Shown: piece by piece, positions 1-10,797 of the stretch
Layout: every line of letters begins with the position of its first letter
Numbering within the stretch: position 1 is the stretch's first letter
Assembly (NCBI GenBank): GCA_965219415.1
Contig: CBDCNP010000002.1
Span: 2,592,001-2,656,000 of the forward strand
Length of the DNA stretch: 64,000 nt
Origin: Candidatus Marinacidobacterales bacterium
GTDB lineage: Bacteria; Acidobacteriota; Vicinamibacteria; Marinacidobacterales; DATDRI01
Direction of reading: 5' to 3'
Notes under the pieces: generated by a model
What the model saw: the letters and a program-made list of their open reading frames with translations, nothing else
Told to the model about the DNA's origin: nothing
Databases searched by the model: none
Program-made: the position numbers and the translations under genes

Positions 1-195
1 ATTTCCACCCAGGCATGAGTTCGCAGGACCTTCCTCTCATAGCTGTCTGCCCGTCCATACGCGACTTCTTTTTTGCGGATCACAAGGAGTGTAGCGGAAA
101 CATGCCTGCTCTGGTCGCTTTGAGCTGTCCCGGGCCTTCTTGAATCCTTCCTTCACGCTCTTTAGCCACGAGGATTTGTTACGATTCCCCTTATC

Positions 196-2478
196 GTGAG
201 CATCAGCACGAGTACCTTCTTCCCAACCGTCCTCTTCCTGACCCTCACCGCCTGCAGTCCTCCAGAAAACGCCGACCGCACGGTCTTACCTCCTCCCGAT
301 AAGCCTTTCCGGGCGCCTGAGGGGGCTCCCCACATCCTCCTGGTTATGGGGGATGATGTCGGCTTCGGCCAGCCAGCTACCTTCGGCGGGCCGGTCGAAA
401 CACCAACCCTCGATCGCCTCGCGAATGAAGGGCTCCGTTACAACCACTTTCACACCAGCGCCGTCTGTGCGGCATCCCGCGCCGCGCTCCTCACCGGGAG
501 GAATGCTCACTCGGTCGGAATGGGCTTCACACCCGAAACCGCGAGCGACCATCCAGGCTACAACGCCATCATTCCGAAAAGCGCGGCGACCATCGGCGAG
601 ATTCTGCGTCAAAACGGCTATGCCACAGCTTGGTTCGGCAAATCACACCTCACGCCAGTCTACGAGGTCACGCCGGTGGGACCTTTCGACCGATGGCCGA
701 CGAGCTTCGGATTCGACTACTACTACGGTTTCTTCGGTGCTGGCGCCAACAGTTGGTACACGTCAATTTGGGAGAACACCACGCCGGTCCGTCCGGCGAA
801 GACGCCCGACGAGGGGTATCACTTCGAGGCCGACATGGCGGATAAGGCGATACGGTGGATTCGTCAACAGAATACCGTTTATCCCGATAAACCATGGTTT
901 GCCTACTGGGCCCCTGCGGCCAACAAGCCCCCGGTTGCCGCGCCCAAACGCTTCATCGCCAAGTACAAAGGGAAGTTTGACGACGGCTACGACGAGCTCC
1001 GAAAGCAAACGCTAGCGAGGCAGATCGAGTTAGGCGTCGTACCGCCTGACACGAACCTCAGCCCGTGGCCGGAAGAGATTTTGCCGCACTGGGACGAGCT
1101 CACCGAGACCGAGAAAAAAGTCGGTGCCAGGTGGATGGAGGTGGTCTCTGGTGCTTTCGAGCATACCGATTTCCAGGTCGGTCGCATTGTCGCGGCCATC
1201 GAGGAGCTCGGTGAGAGGGACAACACGCTCATCATCTATATTTCCGGTGACAACGGCCCCACTCCGGAAGGTGGACTTCAAGGTAGCGACAACAAGTCCG
1301 CGTTCACCAACGGCGTCACCTATCCGTTGGAGAAAATGCTTGAAGACATAGAGGAACTCGGTGGACCTCGCTCCTATGGCTCCATGCCCGCCATGTGGGC
1401 CTATGCCACGAGCTCACCATTCATGTGGGGTAAACCCGTGGCCTCTCATTTAGGCGGCGTCAGGAGCGGCATGGTCATCTCTTGGCCTGCCCGCATCAAG
1501 GACAAAGGCGGCCTCCGTACGCAGTTCCATCATCTCATCGATATCGTACCGACCATCCTCGAGGCTTCCGGCCTGCCGGAGCCCGAAACGGTTAACGGCA
1601 TCCAGCAAAAGCCGATCGAAGGCGTCAGCATGATCTATACCTCCGACGACCGAGATGCCCCGAGCCGGCGGACAACCCAATATTTCGAATCGATCGGCAC
1701 GCGCGCCATATACCAAGATGGATGGTGGGCGGGAACCCGCCACGGCTTTACCGGAAGCAGTTTGGGGAGCCCGGGGGAGTTTGCAAACGACGAGTGGGAA
1801 CTCTACTACCTTGAGGAGGACTTTGGTCAGTCGAATAACGTCGCTGCGACCTATCCAAGAAAACTTGAGGAGATGAAGCGACTCTTCGACCACGAAGCCA
1901 AAAAACACCAGGTGTATCCGCTACGGGACAATATGGCGGCGCTCCTCGCAGCCCGACAAGGTCCTCAACTCACGACCGGGAACAAAGTCGTCTACGGGCC
2001 CGGCATCTCTCGCTTGCCAGAGCAGGGCGTGATCGACATCAAGAATCGCTCGTTTTCTATTGCCGCTGAGGTCGAGACCGGAGAGCGAATGACAGAAGGA
2101 GTCATCGTGACCCTCGGTGGCTCGGCGGCCGGCTTCGTGCTCATGGTGCAAGAGGGGAAACCGACGTTCGTCTACAACTGGTTCGCCTTGGAGCGCTACA
2201 CCATCGCTTCTTCAGACCCCTTACCGGTGGGGGAGTCTACGCTCCGGTTCGACTTCGCTTACGACGGTGGCGGCCGAGGTAAGGGCGGCACGGGCACCCT
2301 ATCCGTCAACGGCAATCAGGTAGCCGAAGGCCGAATCGACAAGACCGTGCCGACGCTCTTCACGTATGACGAGACCTTAGACGTCGGTGAGGATTGGGGC
2401 TCACCGGTAAGCTGGACCTACGAACCCCCGTTTGCGTTTACCGGGAGGATTGAGCGAGTCACCATTGAGGTGGAGTAA
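196..2478 (+). CDS. Arylsulfatase (formylglycine-dependent), probable lipoprotein
   Basis: DDVGFG motif, CAASRAALLTGR sulfatase signature, FGKSH, SGDNG; LTAC lipobox-like N-terminus. Confidence 0.9.
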   Translation: MSISTSTFFPTVLFLTLTACSPPENADRTVLPPPDKPFRAPEGAPHILLVMGDDVGFGQPATFGGPVETPTLDRLANEGLRYNHFHTSAVCAASRAALLTGRNAHSVGMGFTPETASDHPGYNAIIPKSAATIGEILRQNGYATAWFGKSHLTPVYEVTPVGPFDRWPTSFGFDYYYGFFGAGANSWYTSIWENTTPVRPAKTPDEGYHFEADMADKAIRWIRQQNTVYPDKPWFAYWAPAANKPPVAAPKRFIAKYKGKFDDGYDELRKQTLARQIELGVVPPDTNLSPWPEEILPHWDELTETEKKVGARWMEVVSGAFEHTDFQVGRIVAAIEELGERDNTLIIYISGDNGPTPEGGLQGSDNKSAFTNGVTYPLEKMLEDIEELGGPRSYGSMPAMWAYATSSPFMWGKPVASHLGGVRSGMVISWPARIKDKGGLRTQFHHLIDIVPTILEASGLPEPETVNGIQQKPIEGVSMIYTSDDRDAPSRRTTQYFESIGTRAIYQDGWWAGTRHGFTGSSLGSPGEFANDEWELYYLEEDFGQSNNVAATYPRKLEEMKRLFDHEAKKHQVYPLRDNMAALLAARQGPQLTTGNKVVYGPGISRLPEQGVIDIKNRSFSIAAEVETGERMTEGVIVTLGGSAAGFVLMVQEGKPTFVYNWFALERYTIASSDPLPVGESTLRFDFAYDGGGRGKGGTGTLSVNGNQVAEGRIDKTVPTLFTYDETLDVGEDWGSPVSWTYEPPFAFTGRIERVTIEVE

Positions 2479-2551
2479 ACCCCGAGCTCACTTTCCACCA
2501 GGAACAAACGCTAGTTGCGCTCAAGGAAGAAGCCGGTGCCGTTGGTTAGCA

Positions 2552-2717
2552 GGTGCTTGCGCTGTTTGCTGTTGGTGATGTGTACGTATCCCTTTGCAAA
2601 AGAGGCGCTTAAGCTCCATTTAGCGCGCGGCGAAGGTCGTGAGCGCTATTTTGGCTGTAACTTAATGCAGCGTAAAGTCTTAGTGTCATCTCACCAACAC
2701 TTAATGGCGGAAGCACC
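2552..2717. mobile_element. Type-B MITE (~166 bp); other full copies at 15639-15804, 17452-17617, 25017-25181, 27613-27779, 31912-32077, 43072-43237, 53199-53364; stubs near 29138, 33385-33425, 40496, 40860-40921
   Basis: Highly similar non-coding copies with GGTGCTT...GTTGGTGA terminal inverted repeats. Confidence 0.9.
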
Positions 2718-4404
2718 AAGAGGACCTCACTGCGCTCGAGCAACTCCACGGTGAGTTAGAAGAGCGGAACCAATCCGCAGCTGGCAGCCTGGAGGAAGGC
2801 CTCGAGGAGACGCTGACGTTGCATCGACTCGGCGTGCACGCGGTGCTGGGCCGTTCGTTCAAGACGACGAACTGCCTTGAGTCCGTCAATGCTCTCGTCG
2901 AGGAACGCTGCGCGAAGGTCGACCACTGGAAGAACTCGAGCCAACGTGGGCTTGATCCAGTTTCGTGGACACTTTCTGAAAGGCGGATACGATGTCCACA
3001 ATGGCAAAGACAACGCAGCCCCGGCGACCCCGCCGGGAGTTTGATGACGAGTTTAAGGCAGGCGCGGTCCGGCTGGTGCTTGATGAGGGCCAGAGCGTGG
3101 GTCGGGTGGCCCGGGAGCTTGACCTCACCGAATCGGCGTTTCGCAACTGGGTCCGTCAGGCCCGGGCCGATCGGACGAAGGGCCGGACGGGCTTGACGGG
3201 CGTGGAACGCGAGGAGCTTCGGCGGCTCCGCAAAGAGAATCGGCGGTTGCGGGTGGAGCGCGACGTTTTAAAAAAAGCCGCGGCCTTCTTCGCGAAGGAG
3301 AGCGAGTAAGATTCGCGTTCATCCAGGCGGAGAAGGCCACCGTACCGGTCGTTCACCTGTGTCAGATTCTCAACGTCTCTCGGAGTGGCTTTTATGCCTG
3401 GGTACGTCGGCCGTCGTCGGCCCACGCGCGCCGGGACCGCCAGTTGCGCGTGTTGATTCGTGCCTCCCATGAGGCGAGTCGCCGCACCTATGGGAGTCCG
3501 CGGATTTATCACGACCTGCACGAGCAGGGGTATCGAGTGAGTCGGGAAGCGGGTGATTCGGTTGAAACAGGCAGAAGGCCTCATTGCTCGAGTACGCAAA
3601 CGCTTCAAGCGCACGACGGTAAGCGGTCATGGCCAGCCCGTCGCGGCCAATGTGCTCGGGCAAGACTTCGTCGCCGATGCGCCGAACCAACGGTGGGTCG
3701 GGGACACGACCGAGTTCGTGATCGGCAGCGGCGGGAAGCTTTATCTCGCGGCGCTCCTCGACCTCTACTCGCGATTCCTCGTTGGATGGGCCGTAAGTGC
3801 TATTAACGACCGTCACCTGGTTATCAAGGCGTTGCGGATGGCACTGAAACGTCGCCAACCGGCCGCGGGGCTCTTGCATCACTCCGATCAGGGCAGTCCG
3901 TATGCCAGCAAAGACTACCAACGTCTCCTTGAGACGCATGGCATGACCGGGAGCATGAGCCGACGGGGCAACTGCTACGACAACGCCGTCATCGAGAGCT
4001 GGTTCTCCACGGTCAAGCACGAGCTTGGGGAGCATTTCCTCAGTTGCGGCGAGGCCAAGATGGCCCTCTTCGACTTCATCGAGGTATTCTACAACCAGAG
4101 ACGACGACACTCGACCCTCGGCCAGGTCAGTCCGGCCGAGTTTGAACGACGGATGAGGACTTCGCCAGCTTAACTAAACCGTCTACGAAACCGGATCAAG
4201 CCCAAACGCCAGCGCTGGTTGGCAACGGCGCTCGTAGACATCGAACCGCGCTTGAGGAAGGTGGTGGGCTACCGCCATCTTCCCAAGCTTCGCGAAGCTC
4301 TCAAGCGGGAACTGAAGATCGAGGCGAAGACATCAACCGTATCGAAGAAGAAGGTCGCTTAAACGTGAGCCGTGGAGAGTTTCAACTAAGAATGGGCTTG
4401 ACTC
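2718..4404 (+). pseudogene. IS256-family transposase 3' fragment, interrupted by an IS3 element
   Basis: LEETLTLHRLG...TTNCLESVN...NSSQR resumes after 4208 as QRWLATAL...GYRHLPKL; IS end near 4375-4404. Confidence 0.8.
2947..4204 (+). mobile_element. IS3-family element (orfA 2992-3309; orfB ~3300-4173 with an extra frameshift near 3545)
   Basis: TG...CA TIRs (tgggcttgatcc / ggatcaagccca), 4-bp TSD AACG, A-run slippage site, WVGDTT / HSDQGS / CYDNAVIES. Confidence 0.92.
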
Positions 4405-5757
4405 GGCCAAGGGCCGTGGGCTTTACAATCGTCTTGGGCAGGCGGGTCGTCACCATGCAGATGACCTCCTAGTCGAGAGCGAATATCGAAGCGTGTTCCT
4501 GAAGCTGTTTCCACGCTACGCCTGTCGAGCCCGCCGAGGGGCTACCGTCGCCGGCGACAATCTACGCGGCACGGCAGTAGTAGTTGAGAATGCCCCCAAG
4601 TCGCTCTCGCGACACGATGGGGCTAGTGTCATTCGCGCTTGCCGGCAGAGGTGTGAGGAGCTCGTTGCCGAGACCTTGGTGGTTCCGTTCTGTGTGATAG
4701 TGCACTACGTATTCGGTTACCGCTGTGCGCAGGTGTCGCTCACTGAGAGGTACGAAGCGGTCGAGACACTCTCGACGTATGGAGAGAACGAATCTTTCCG
4801 CATATGCGTTCAGATTCGGACTATTAGCGGGAAGGCGAAGGGGCTTCACGCCTGAATCTCTCAACAGCCCACGTACCGCCTCGGTGAATAGCGGGTCCCG
4901 GTCGTGGATGAGGTATCGCTTGCCAAGGAGGAAACCATCCCACATGTCCGTGAGGTTTCTTGCCACCTGCTTCATCCACTCCCCGTTGGGGTCCGACGTT
5001 ATCCCACCGATGCACACGCAGCGAGTGGCGATATCGATGACAAACAGGACATGGTAGCGGACGAGCCCGAACGGGTTCACCACCTCGACGGGGAACAGGT
5101 CTGTCGCAGCGATGGCACCCCAATGAGCCTTGATGAAGGTGCTCCACGACATGCTCCTGCCCCGGAGCCGGCGCGATACCGTGCTCGGCGAGGAGCCTCT
5201 TGATGGTGTTGCGTCCGAGTTCATGTCCGAGGTTCTTGAGTGCGCCTCGCAGGCGCGTATATCCCCACGTCGGGTTCTCCCGCGCCACGCGCACAATGAG
5301 CTCACGGATGTCCTTCGCCGTCGGAGGTCGGCCTGGGCTCCGGTTCTTGCTGCCATCGTACTTGGCTGCGATGAGGTGGCGGTACCAGCGCACAAGCGTA
5401 GCGGGTGTGGCAACCGACGCAATCTGGGCCAGCGCCTCGCGGCCCAAAGCCTGGGCCTTGACCGCGAGCCTGCGCCGGTCGTCGTCCGAGAGACTGAGAC
5501 GCTTGCCCCGAAGCCCGGCTCGGAGCACACGGTTCTCCTCTTGCAGGTAGTCGATCACATCCTGCTGCTGGCGGTTGACCCAGCCAGCTAGAACGAGCAG
5601 TAGGAATTGCACGTGGTACGTCATCATGGAGCTGAAGATAACACCCTCGGGCCAGACGATTGTAAAGCCTACGGCCCTTGGCCCCGGCGCAAACACAGAC
5701 ACTAAGCTGCTGATTTATGGCCTATTTCAAAAGGGCCGAGTTTTGGCACAGGACGGG
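4405..5757 (-). mobile_element. Type-A element copy, one end clipped; integrase 4562-5627 frameshifted near 5165
   Basis: Near-identical to 19388-20819. Confidence 0.9.
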
Positions 5758-5834
5758 ATACCATCGAATCTGTATTAGCGGTGGAGCAAGGAGTTTCTTG
5801 AGCCGGGGCACATAGAATCTCCCTTTTGTGCGTC

Positions 5835-5988
5835 CGCGTGATAGGGATCACGGATATACTCAGCCAGAACGTACCCTTGGAGGACGTGCAGTACCTGGCC
5901 GAGACACTCCGATCCCCGGGCCACACAGATCGATGACCGGCGTAGACAGCACGTCACTCGCAACATCGTGGAGCGTGTCTCGATATGA
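5835..5988 (+). pseudogene. Tyrosine recombinase C-terminal remnant (also ~26688-26842 and ~42760-42913)
   Basis: Composite reading across copies: ITDILSQNVPLEDVQYLAGH..PRATQxYDRRRQHVTRNIVERVSI, frameshifted. Confidence 0.7.
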
Positions 5989-6542
5989 AAGAAGGACCAG
6001 GGAAGAGAGGCGTCCTTTCGAGGCCTGCTAGCAAGAAAGCCGCCGCACGGCCTCTTTCGGCTCCCCGCAATGAGCCCAAGCTGGTGCCGGTTTCTCTGTC
6101 CGAAGGTGTCCGCCACCAGCGAGTGGGTGAAACGACGGAACGTTCCGCGCATCTCAAAAAACTCAAACAACTCTTCGAGGCGGCTCCGATCAGCCGCTAC
6201 CTGGACATGACACTCGGCTATTGCGAGAACGGCGTGGCGCGCGTGCGTTTGCCGTTTCGGGCCGAGTTCGAAGAAAAGCATGGCGTCATCCACGGGGGTC
6301 TCACCGGTCTGCTGGCCGACACGGCGGGTAACTTCGCGGTGGGTTCGGTCTCGCCGGGCTCCACGGTCAAGACGGTGGAGTTCAAGATGAACTTGCTAGC
6401 GGGAGTCCAGGGAGACCTGCTCGCCATCGGAGAGGTCTTCCGCAAGGGACGCACGCTCGCCACCTGCCGGCTCGAAGTCGTTGGGGACAAGGACTATGTG
6501 GTGGCGATCGGGCTGGCCACTTACGCCCTCCAGGCTGTTTAG
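5985..6542 (+). CDS. PaaI-family hotdog thioesterase (copy 1)
   Basis: HGVIHGG...LADTA motif, TVEFKMNLL. Confidence 0.85.
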   Translation: MKEGPGKRGVLSRPASKKAAARPLSAPRNEPKLVPVSLSEGVRHQRVGETTERSAHLKKLKQLFEAAPISRYLDMTLGYCENGVARVRLPFRAEFEEKHGVIHGGLTGLLADTAGNFAVGSVSPGSTVKTVEFKMNLLAGVQGDLLAIGEVFRKGRTLATCRLEVVGDKDYVVAIGLATYALQAV

Positions 6543-6553
6543 CCATCTGCACC

Positions 6554-6733
6554 TGTGTCTTCTATTTATTCATCCGCGCGCCCCGAACTTGATCGGTCTC
6601 CGGTCTCCCGGGACCATGTCTGCATGATCTCGTCGTTTGTTCGCGCTCGGCCCTTGGCACGGCCGCAAACACAGACACTAAGTTGCTGATTTATGGGCTA
6701 TTTCAAAAGGGCCGAGTTTTGGCACAGGACGGG
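6554..6733 (+). mobile_element. C+A hybrid MITE (~180 bp); also 24212-24392, 44977-45156, interrupted 31627-31767, short 60210-60303
   Basis: Begins with the type-C end and finishes with the type-A end GGCACAGGACGGG; repeated. Confidence 0.85.
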
Positions 6734-7180
6734 TTCACAACCTCGACGGTGAACAGGTCTGTCGCAGCGATGGCGCCCCAATGAGCCTTGATGAAGGTGC
6801 TCCACGACATGCTCTTGCCCCGCTCCGGGGCAGGCGCGATACCGTGCTCGGCGAGGATCCTCTTGATAGTGTTGCGTCCGAGTTCTCATGTCCTAGGTTC
6901 TTGAGTGCGCCTCGCAGGCGCGTATATCCCCACGTCGGGTTCTCCTGCGCCACGCGCACAATGAGCTCACGGATGTCCTTCGCCGTCGGAGGTCGGCCTG
7001 GGCTCCGGTTCTTGCTGCCATCGTACTTGGCTGCGATGAGGCAGCGGTACCAACGCAGAAGCGTAGCGGGTGTGGCAACGGACGCAATCTGGGCCAGCGC
7101 CTCGCGGCCCAAAGCCTGGGCCTTGACGGCGAGCCTGCGCCGCTCGTCGTCCGAGAGCCTGAGACGCTTGCCCCGAAGCC
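6734..7180 (-). pseudogene. Internal fragment of the type-A integrase bounded by two type-A ends
   Basis: [11 protein letters not shown]...ENPTWGYTR matches 19619-20689. Confidence 0.85.
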
Positions 7181-7489
7181 TGTCCTGTGTCAAAACTCGG
7201 CCCTTTTGAAATAGATCGCAAATCAGCAGCTTAGACGCCCTTGGAATCCGCGCAGAATCCAGGGTATTTCGCGCCGTAGGGCTGGCTTCCGACCCTTGGG
7301 CTGCGGGTGGCGGGCGACAGGCCCACCGGGGGTGCGCACGGCTGGCTCAAATCGGCTGCGGGGCGAGCTGCAGGCAACGAACTGTGCACCCGGAAGGAAT
7401 ACGTATCCGACCGCGATGCCGGATTCAAGCAGCTCTTGGAAAGGTGCAAACTGCTGACCCGATGGGCGTTCGAGTATTTTGACTAGACG
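7178..7489. mobile_element. A+E hybrid non-autonomous element
   Basis: Type-A end on the left; ~7395-7489 matches the type-E end region ~57955-58050. Confidence 0.75.
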
Positions 7490-7558
7490 GCAATGCCGCG
7501 ACGTAGCTGCGCCACATCGTGAACGACTTAGGTTGTGCCACGGAGGCGAATGCGACCC

Positions 7559-10500
7559 TTAACCTGCACGCTCGAGGACTTTAGTCAGGTCAACCGCCCG
7601 TGCCCGTTGATCCTGTCCCGGCCCACTCTCATTTCCTACTTTGGTGTTTTCGTCCAGGTAGTCTTCGGGGCGGCATGTGAAGACCACGATCTGGATCTTC
7701 TTGGAACTCTCCTGGAGCTTCTGGCGGAACCATTTCATTCGAACGTCATCCGTCTGAGCAAGCTGGTCGTCCAAAAGCAACACGCTCTTGAGCTGCTCGG
7801 CGAGCGATAGTCTGAAGATCGTTGCGAGTTGCTCTCGAGTTCCGACGGAAAGCGTGTCGACCGGCCTTTGGTTGCCGGCCGCCTCCATGCCGGCGGTCTC
7901 CATATTCGGGCCTAGTTCAAGCTGACCGTAGCGTTCTCCAGTGAGCTCTTGGAACCTTTCGGTAATGGGAGCGACGATGCTCTCGCCTAAGTGGGTAGCT
8001 TGGTCTTGCTCGGCCTCATGCAACGTATCGAGAAGGAGTTTCCAAGCTCCGTACTCGGTGTCGAGTTCCGATTCTCTCTCGCGCAGTCGCTGGTGGCGCT
8101 CCCTTGCAGCTTCTAGGCGCTCCCTCGCGACGTCACCTCCTGTCTGGCTCAACGCGCCTCTCGCCTTGGCTAGCGTGCTCTCTACCTGTTTCAGCTCAGA
8201 TTGTTCTCTTCGGAGCTGATCTTCCGCGACTTGGCCGGCGTTGACGTCAATCGGTCCCGTATAGCCCATGGCGCGGACGTCGCTTTCGAGGGCCTCCAGC
8301 TCTTTTTCGAGCCTTGCACACGACAAACGCGCGCCGCGTTCGTCTTCCTGTTCCGCCGCATGACGCCTTTCCTGAAGGCGACCCTGACAGGCGCCGAGAG
8401 CCGTCTTCAACTCGACGATCTCCTGTTCCACGATTACTAGCTTTTCTTCCGCCTGTTCTTGGCGTCTTTGCGCCTGCTCGAGGCGCCCTTCGGCGTCACG
8501 CAGTTGTCCGGTCTGGCCTTCCGTGAGTGCTTGGATCTTCTCCCGAACCGCAAGCTCATCCGAGGAGATCTGAGATAGGTCCGCCCGGGCCTTCTGGAGC
8601 CTATTGCTCCAGTCGGCGCCGAACTGCTCGAGGGCGAGGTCTCTTCTCCGCGAGGCTTCATCGCACTCCTGGGCCTGGGCCTGAAGTTGAGTTTCTTCCC
8701 GCGCAATCTCGACCTCGAGCTGCGCCGCGGCGCGCTTCGCCTCTTCCATTTGCCCCCTGGTTGTGTCGATTAGCCCCCGAAGCTCCGCTCTAGAGGAGGA
8801 GCCTATCGAGGTGCCCTGCTTCTCGAGAACGTCGCGATCAAACGGAGCAAGTGCTTCTTCGAGAGCGGCGTGTTGAGTGCGCAGCTGCTGAGCTTTGGTG
8901 TCGCCGGCGCTCCCCGCTGCAGTGACCTGGGCTTCAAGCGCAACGATTTCTTGCTCGAGCCGCTGAAGGGCGAGCTGCCGCTGGTGATGCTGGCGTACTG
9001 CTTGTCGTAACTCCTCCAGAGTAGCAGCCTTGGCAGCAGCGAAAACCGGCTTGGCTCGAGCATTCCACTCCTGTCTCAATGCACTGAATCGTTCCCGGGA
9101 ATCGGCCTTTCCTCCTGTGACAGCGAACGATCCAAGTCCGGGGATCTCGAGCCGAATCTCGCGTTCCGCTTGGAAATCTTTCTCTTGACTGAAGCTCACG
9201 CTCTGAGGAGCCTCGCCGTCGCGCGATAGCCGTGCCTCAAAGGAGCGTTCGGGCGTGACAACCAGCGAGAGGCCAACACCAGCGCTTGCTTCAGCAGTTC
9301 TCAGCTGGTCTTGCAGCTCCTCGAGCTGAGAGAGAGTGTCGTCATCGGGGAGTTGGCGCTCTGCGTCTATCGCCGTCAGTGCGTCTGCTTCCTCACGCTT
9401 TTCTTGGACCTGCTGCCTTGCGACGTTGGCCCGCTCAGCTGACGATACGACTTGTTGTAGTTGCGTCCCAACCTCTTTGAGCTCGAGCCAGTCGCCAATC
9501 GCGTTCAACAGCTGAAGATTCGAAGCAGCCTCCTCCGCTGTTTTCTTCGATGCGTCCAGTTCTTTGCCGCGTCCCGCAAGAGTTTGTCTCTCGAGCGTCA
9601 GCCGCTGCTCGCGATCCGTAGCTGCGTCTACAAGGTCCTGGATGCCAGCCAGCGCCGTTTCTTTATCGGAGAGCTCCCGCTTTCGCCGATCGAGAGTTAG
9701 TTGAGTCTTCTCTAGTTCGGCCTGGTCGAGTTTGCGCTTTTGCTCACTGGAAGCGTTCTTCACTTCCGCAAGAGCACGTTGAGCCTTTTGGTAGGACGAG
9801 CGTGCCGCGCTGACCTTCGCTGTGGCTTCTTTCCGCTCCTCGTCGAGGTCTCCAAGGTCTTTCTGGATACTTGCCTCTTCCTTTACGGTCTCGGAAACCC
9901 GTCGGCTCAGGTCTTCGATTCGCTCAAGCTCCCGTCGGGCTCCTTCCGCCTCCGTCTTTTTGTCAGCGGCTCCCTTCAGTTTCGCTAGCAGAGTCTTGGT
10001 ATCCGTGAACCGAGCGTCTTGCCGGAGACGCTCGTCCATCAACTCGCTGATACGCTCCCGTGCAGTGTCGCTTGTGGCAAGCGATGCCTCGAGCGTCGCC
10101 TCTGCTTCAGCGGCCTTGCGCACCTCGTCTGCGATCTCGGTGAAGGGTGACGCGCGGCCCCGTTTCTTTCTGCCGGTGTTCGTAAAGGCTTCATCAACCT
10201 TTCCCTGGGTGGCGTTCAAGACGTTCGTGAAAAGGGGATCCTCGGCAATCGCTTGGAGCGCCTCGGTAAGGCGATCTCTGCCGGATTTGTCGTCATCCTC
10301 GCTCAGGTCGGTCCTGAAAACGGACGTAACGTCGTCCTGGTGGGCGAGTAGCACCGTCGTGAGGAAGCTCTCGTGGATACCACGACGACCACCACGCCCG
10401 CCAGGCTCCGGGATTCCCCATTTGAGCAGCTTTCTGACCTCAGCATCGACCTTGCGGCCCTTCGCTTCCGTCGTAAACGACACACCGTCCTTCGAGAACT

Positions 10501-10795
10501 CGAAGATCGAGCTTCCCTTGCTACTTGCTCCGAACGTCTTCCGGAGACGCCAGATGCGCTGTGGCTCGGTTTGGAAGACCAGTTCTACCGAGGGAGCTTT
10601 GTCCGTGCGCCACTGAACATACGGCTCGTGTCCACTGGAAGTGTGCTGCATCAACAGGACGGCACGGATGGCCTCTGCCAAATTGGACTTGCCGAGATCG
10701 TTTGGACCATAGAGAACGTTCAGTCCCGGGCCGAACTCGATATTCGCGGATCGGATACAACCAAAATCCTCGACGTCGAGCCGAATCAAACGCAA
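7559..10795 (-). CDS. Rad50/SbcC/YhaN-like ABC-ATPase with long coiled coil
   Basis: N-terminal GPNDLGKS Walker A, long coiled coil, LSVGTREQ signature, LLLDD Walker B. Confidence 0.88.
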   Translation of the reverse strand: MRLIRLDVEDFGCIRSANIEFGPGLNVLYGPNDLGKSNLAEAIRAVLLMQHTSSGHEPYVQWRTDKAPSVELVFQTEPQRIWRLRKTFGASSKGSSIFEFSKDGVSFTTEAKGRKVDAEVRKLLKWGIPEPGGRGGRRGIHESFLTTVLLAHQDDVTSVFRTDLSEDDDKSGRDRLTEALQAIAEDPLFTNVLNATQGKVDEAFTNTGRKKRGRASPFTEIADEVRKAAEAEATLEASLATSDTARERISELMDERLRQDARFTDTKTLLAKLKGAADKKTEAEGARRELERIEDLSRRVSETVKEEASIQKDLGDLDEERKEATAKVSAARSSYQKAQRALAEVKNASSEQKRKLDQAELEKTQLTLDRRKRELSDKETALAGIQDLVDAATDREQRLTLERQTLAGRGKELDASKKTAEEAASNLQLLNAIGDWLELKEVGTQLQQVVSSAERANVARQQVQEKREEADALTAIDAERQLPDDDTLSQLEELQDQLRTAEASAGVGLSLVVTPERSFEARLSRDGEAPQSVSFSQEKDFQAEREIRLEIPGLGSFAVTGGKADSRERFSALRQEWNARAKPVFAAAKAATLEELRQAVRQHHQRQLALQRLEQEIVALEAQVTAAGSAGDTKAQQLRTQHAALEEALAPFDRDVLEKQGTSIGSSSRAELRGLIDTTRGQMEEAKRAAAQLEVEIAREETQLQAQAQECDEASRRRDLALEQFGADWSNRLQKARADLSQISSDELAVREKIQALTEGQTGQLRDAEGRLEQAQRRQEQAEEKLVIVEQEIVELKTALGACQGRLQERRHAAEQEDERGARLSCARLEKELEALESDVRAMGYTGPIDVNAGQVAEDQLRREQSELKQVESTLAKARGALSQTGGDVARERLEAARERHQRLRERESELDTEYGAWKLLLDTLHEAEQDQATHLGESIVAPITERFQELTGERYGQLELGPNMETAGMEAAGNQRPVDTLSVGTREQLATIFRLSLAEQLKSVLLLDDQLAQTDDVRMKWFRQKLQESSKKIQIVVFTCRPEDYLDENTKVGNESGPGQDQRARAVDLTKVLERAG

Positions 10796-10797
10796 TG

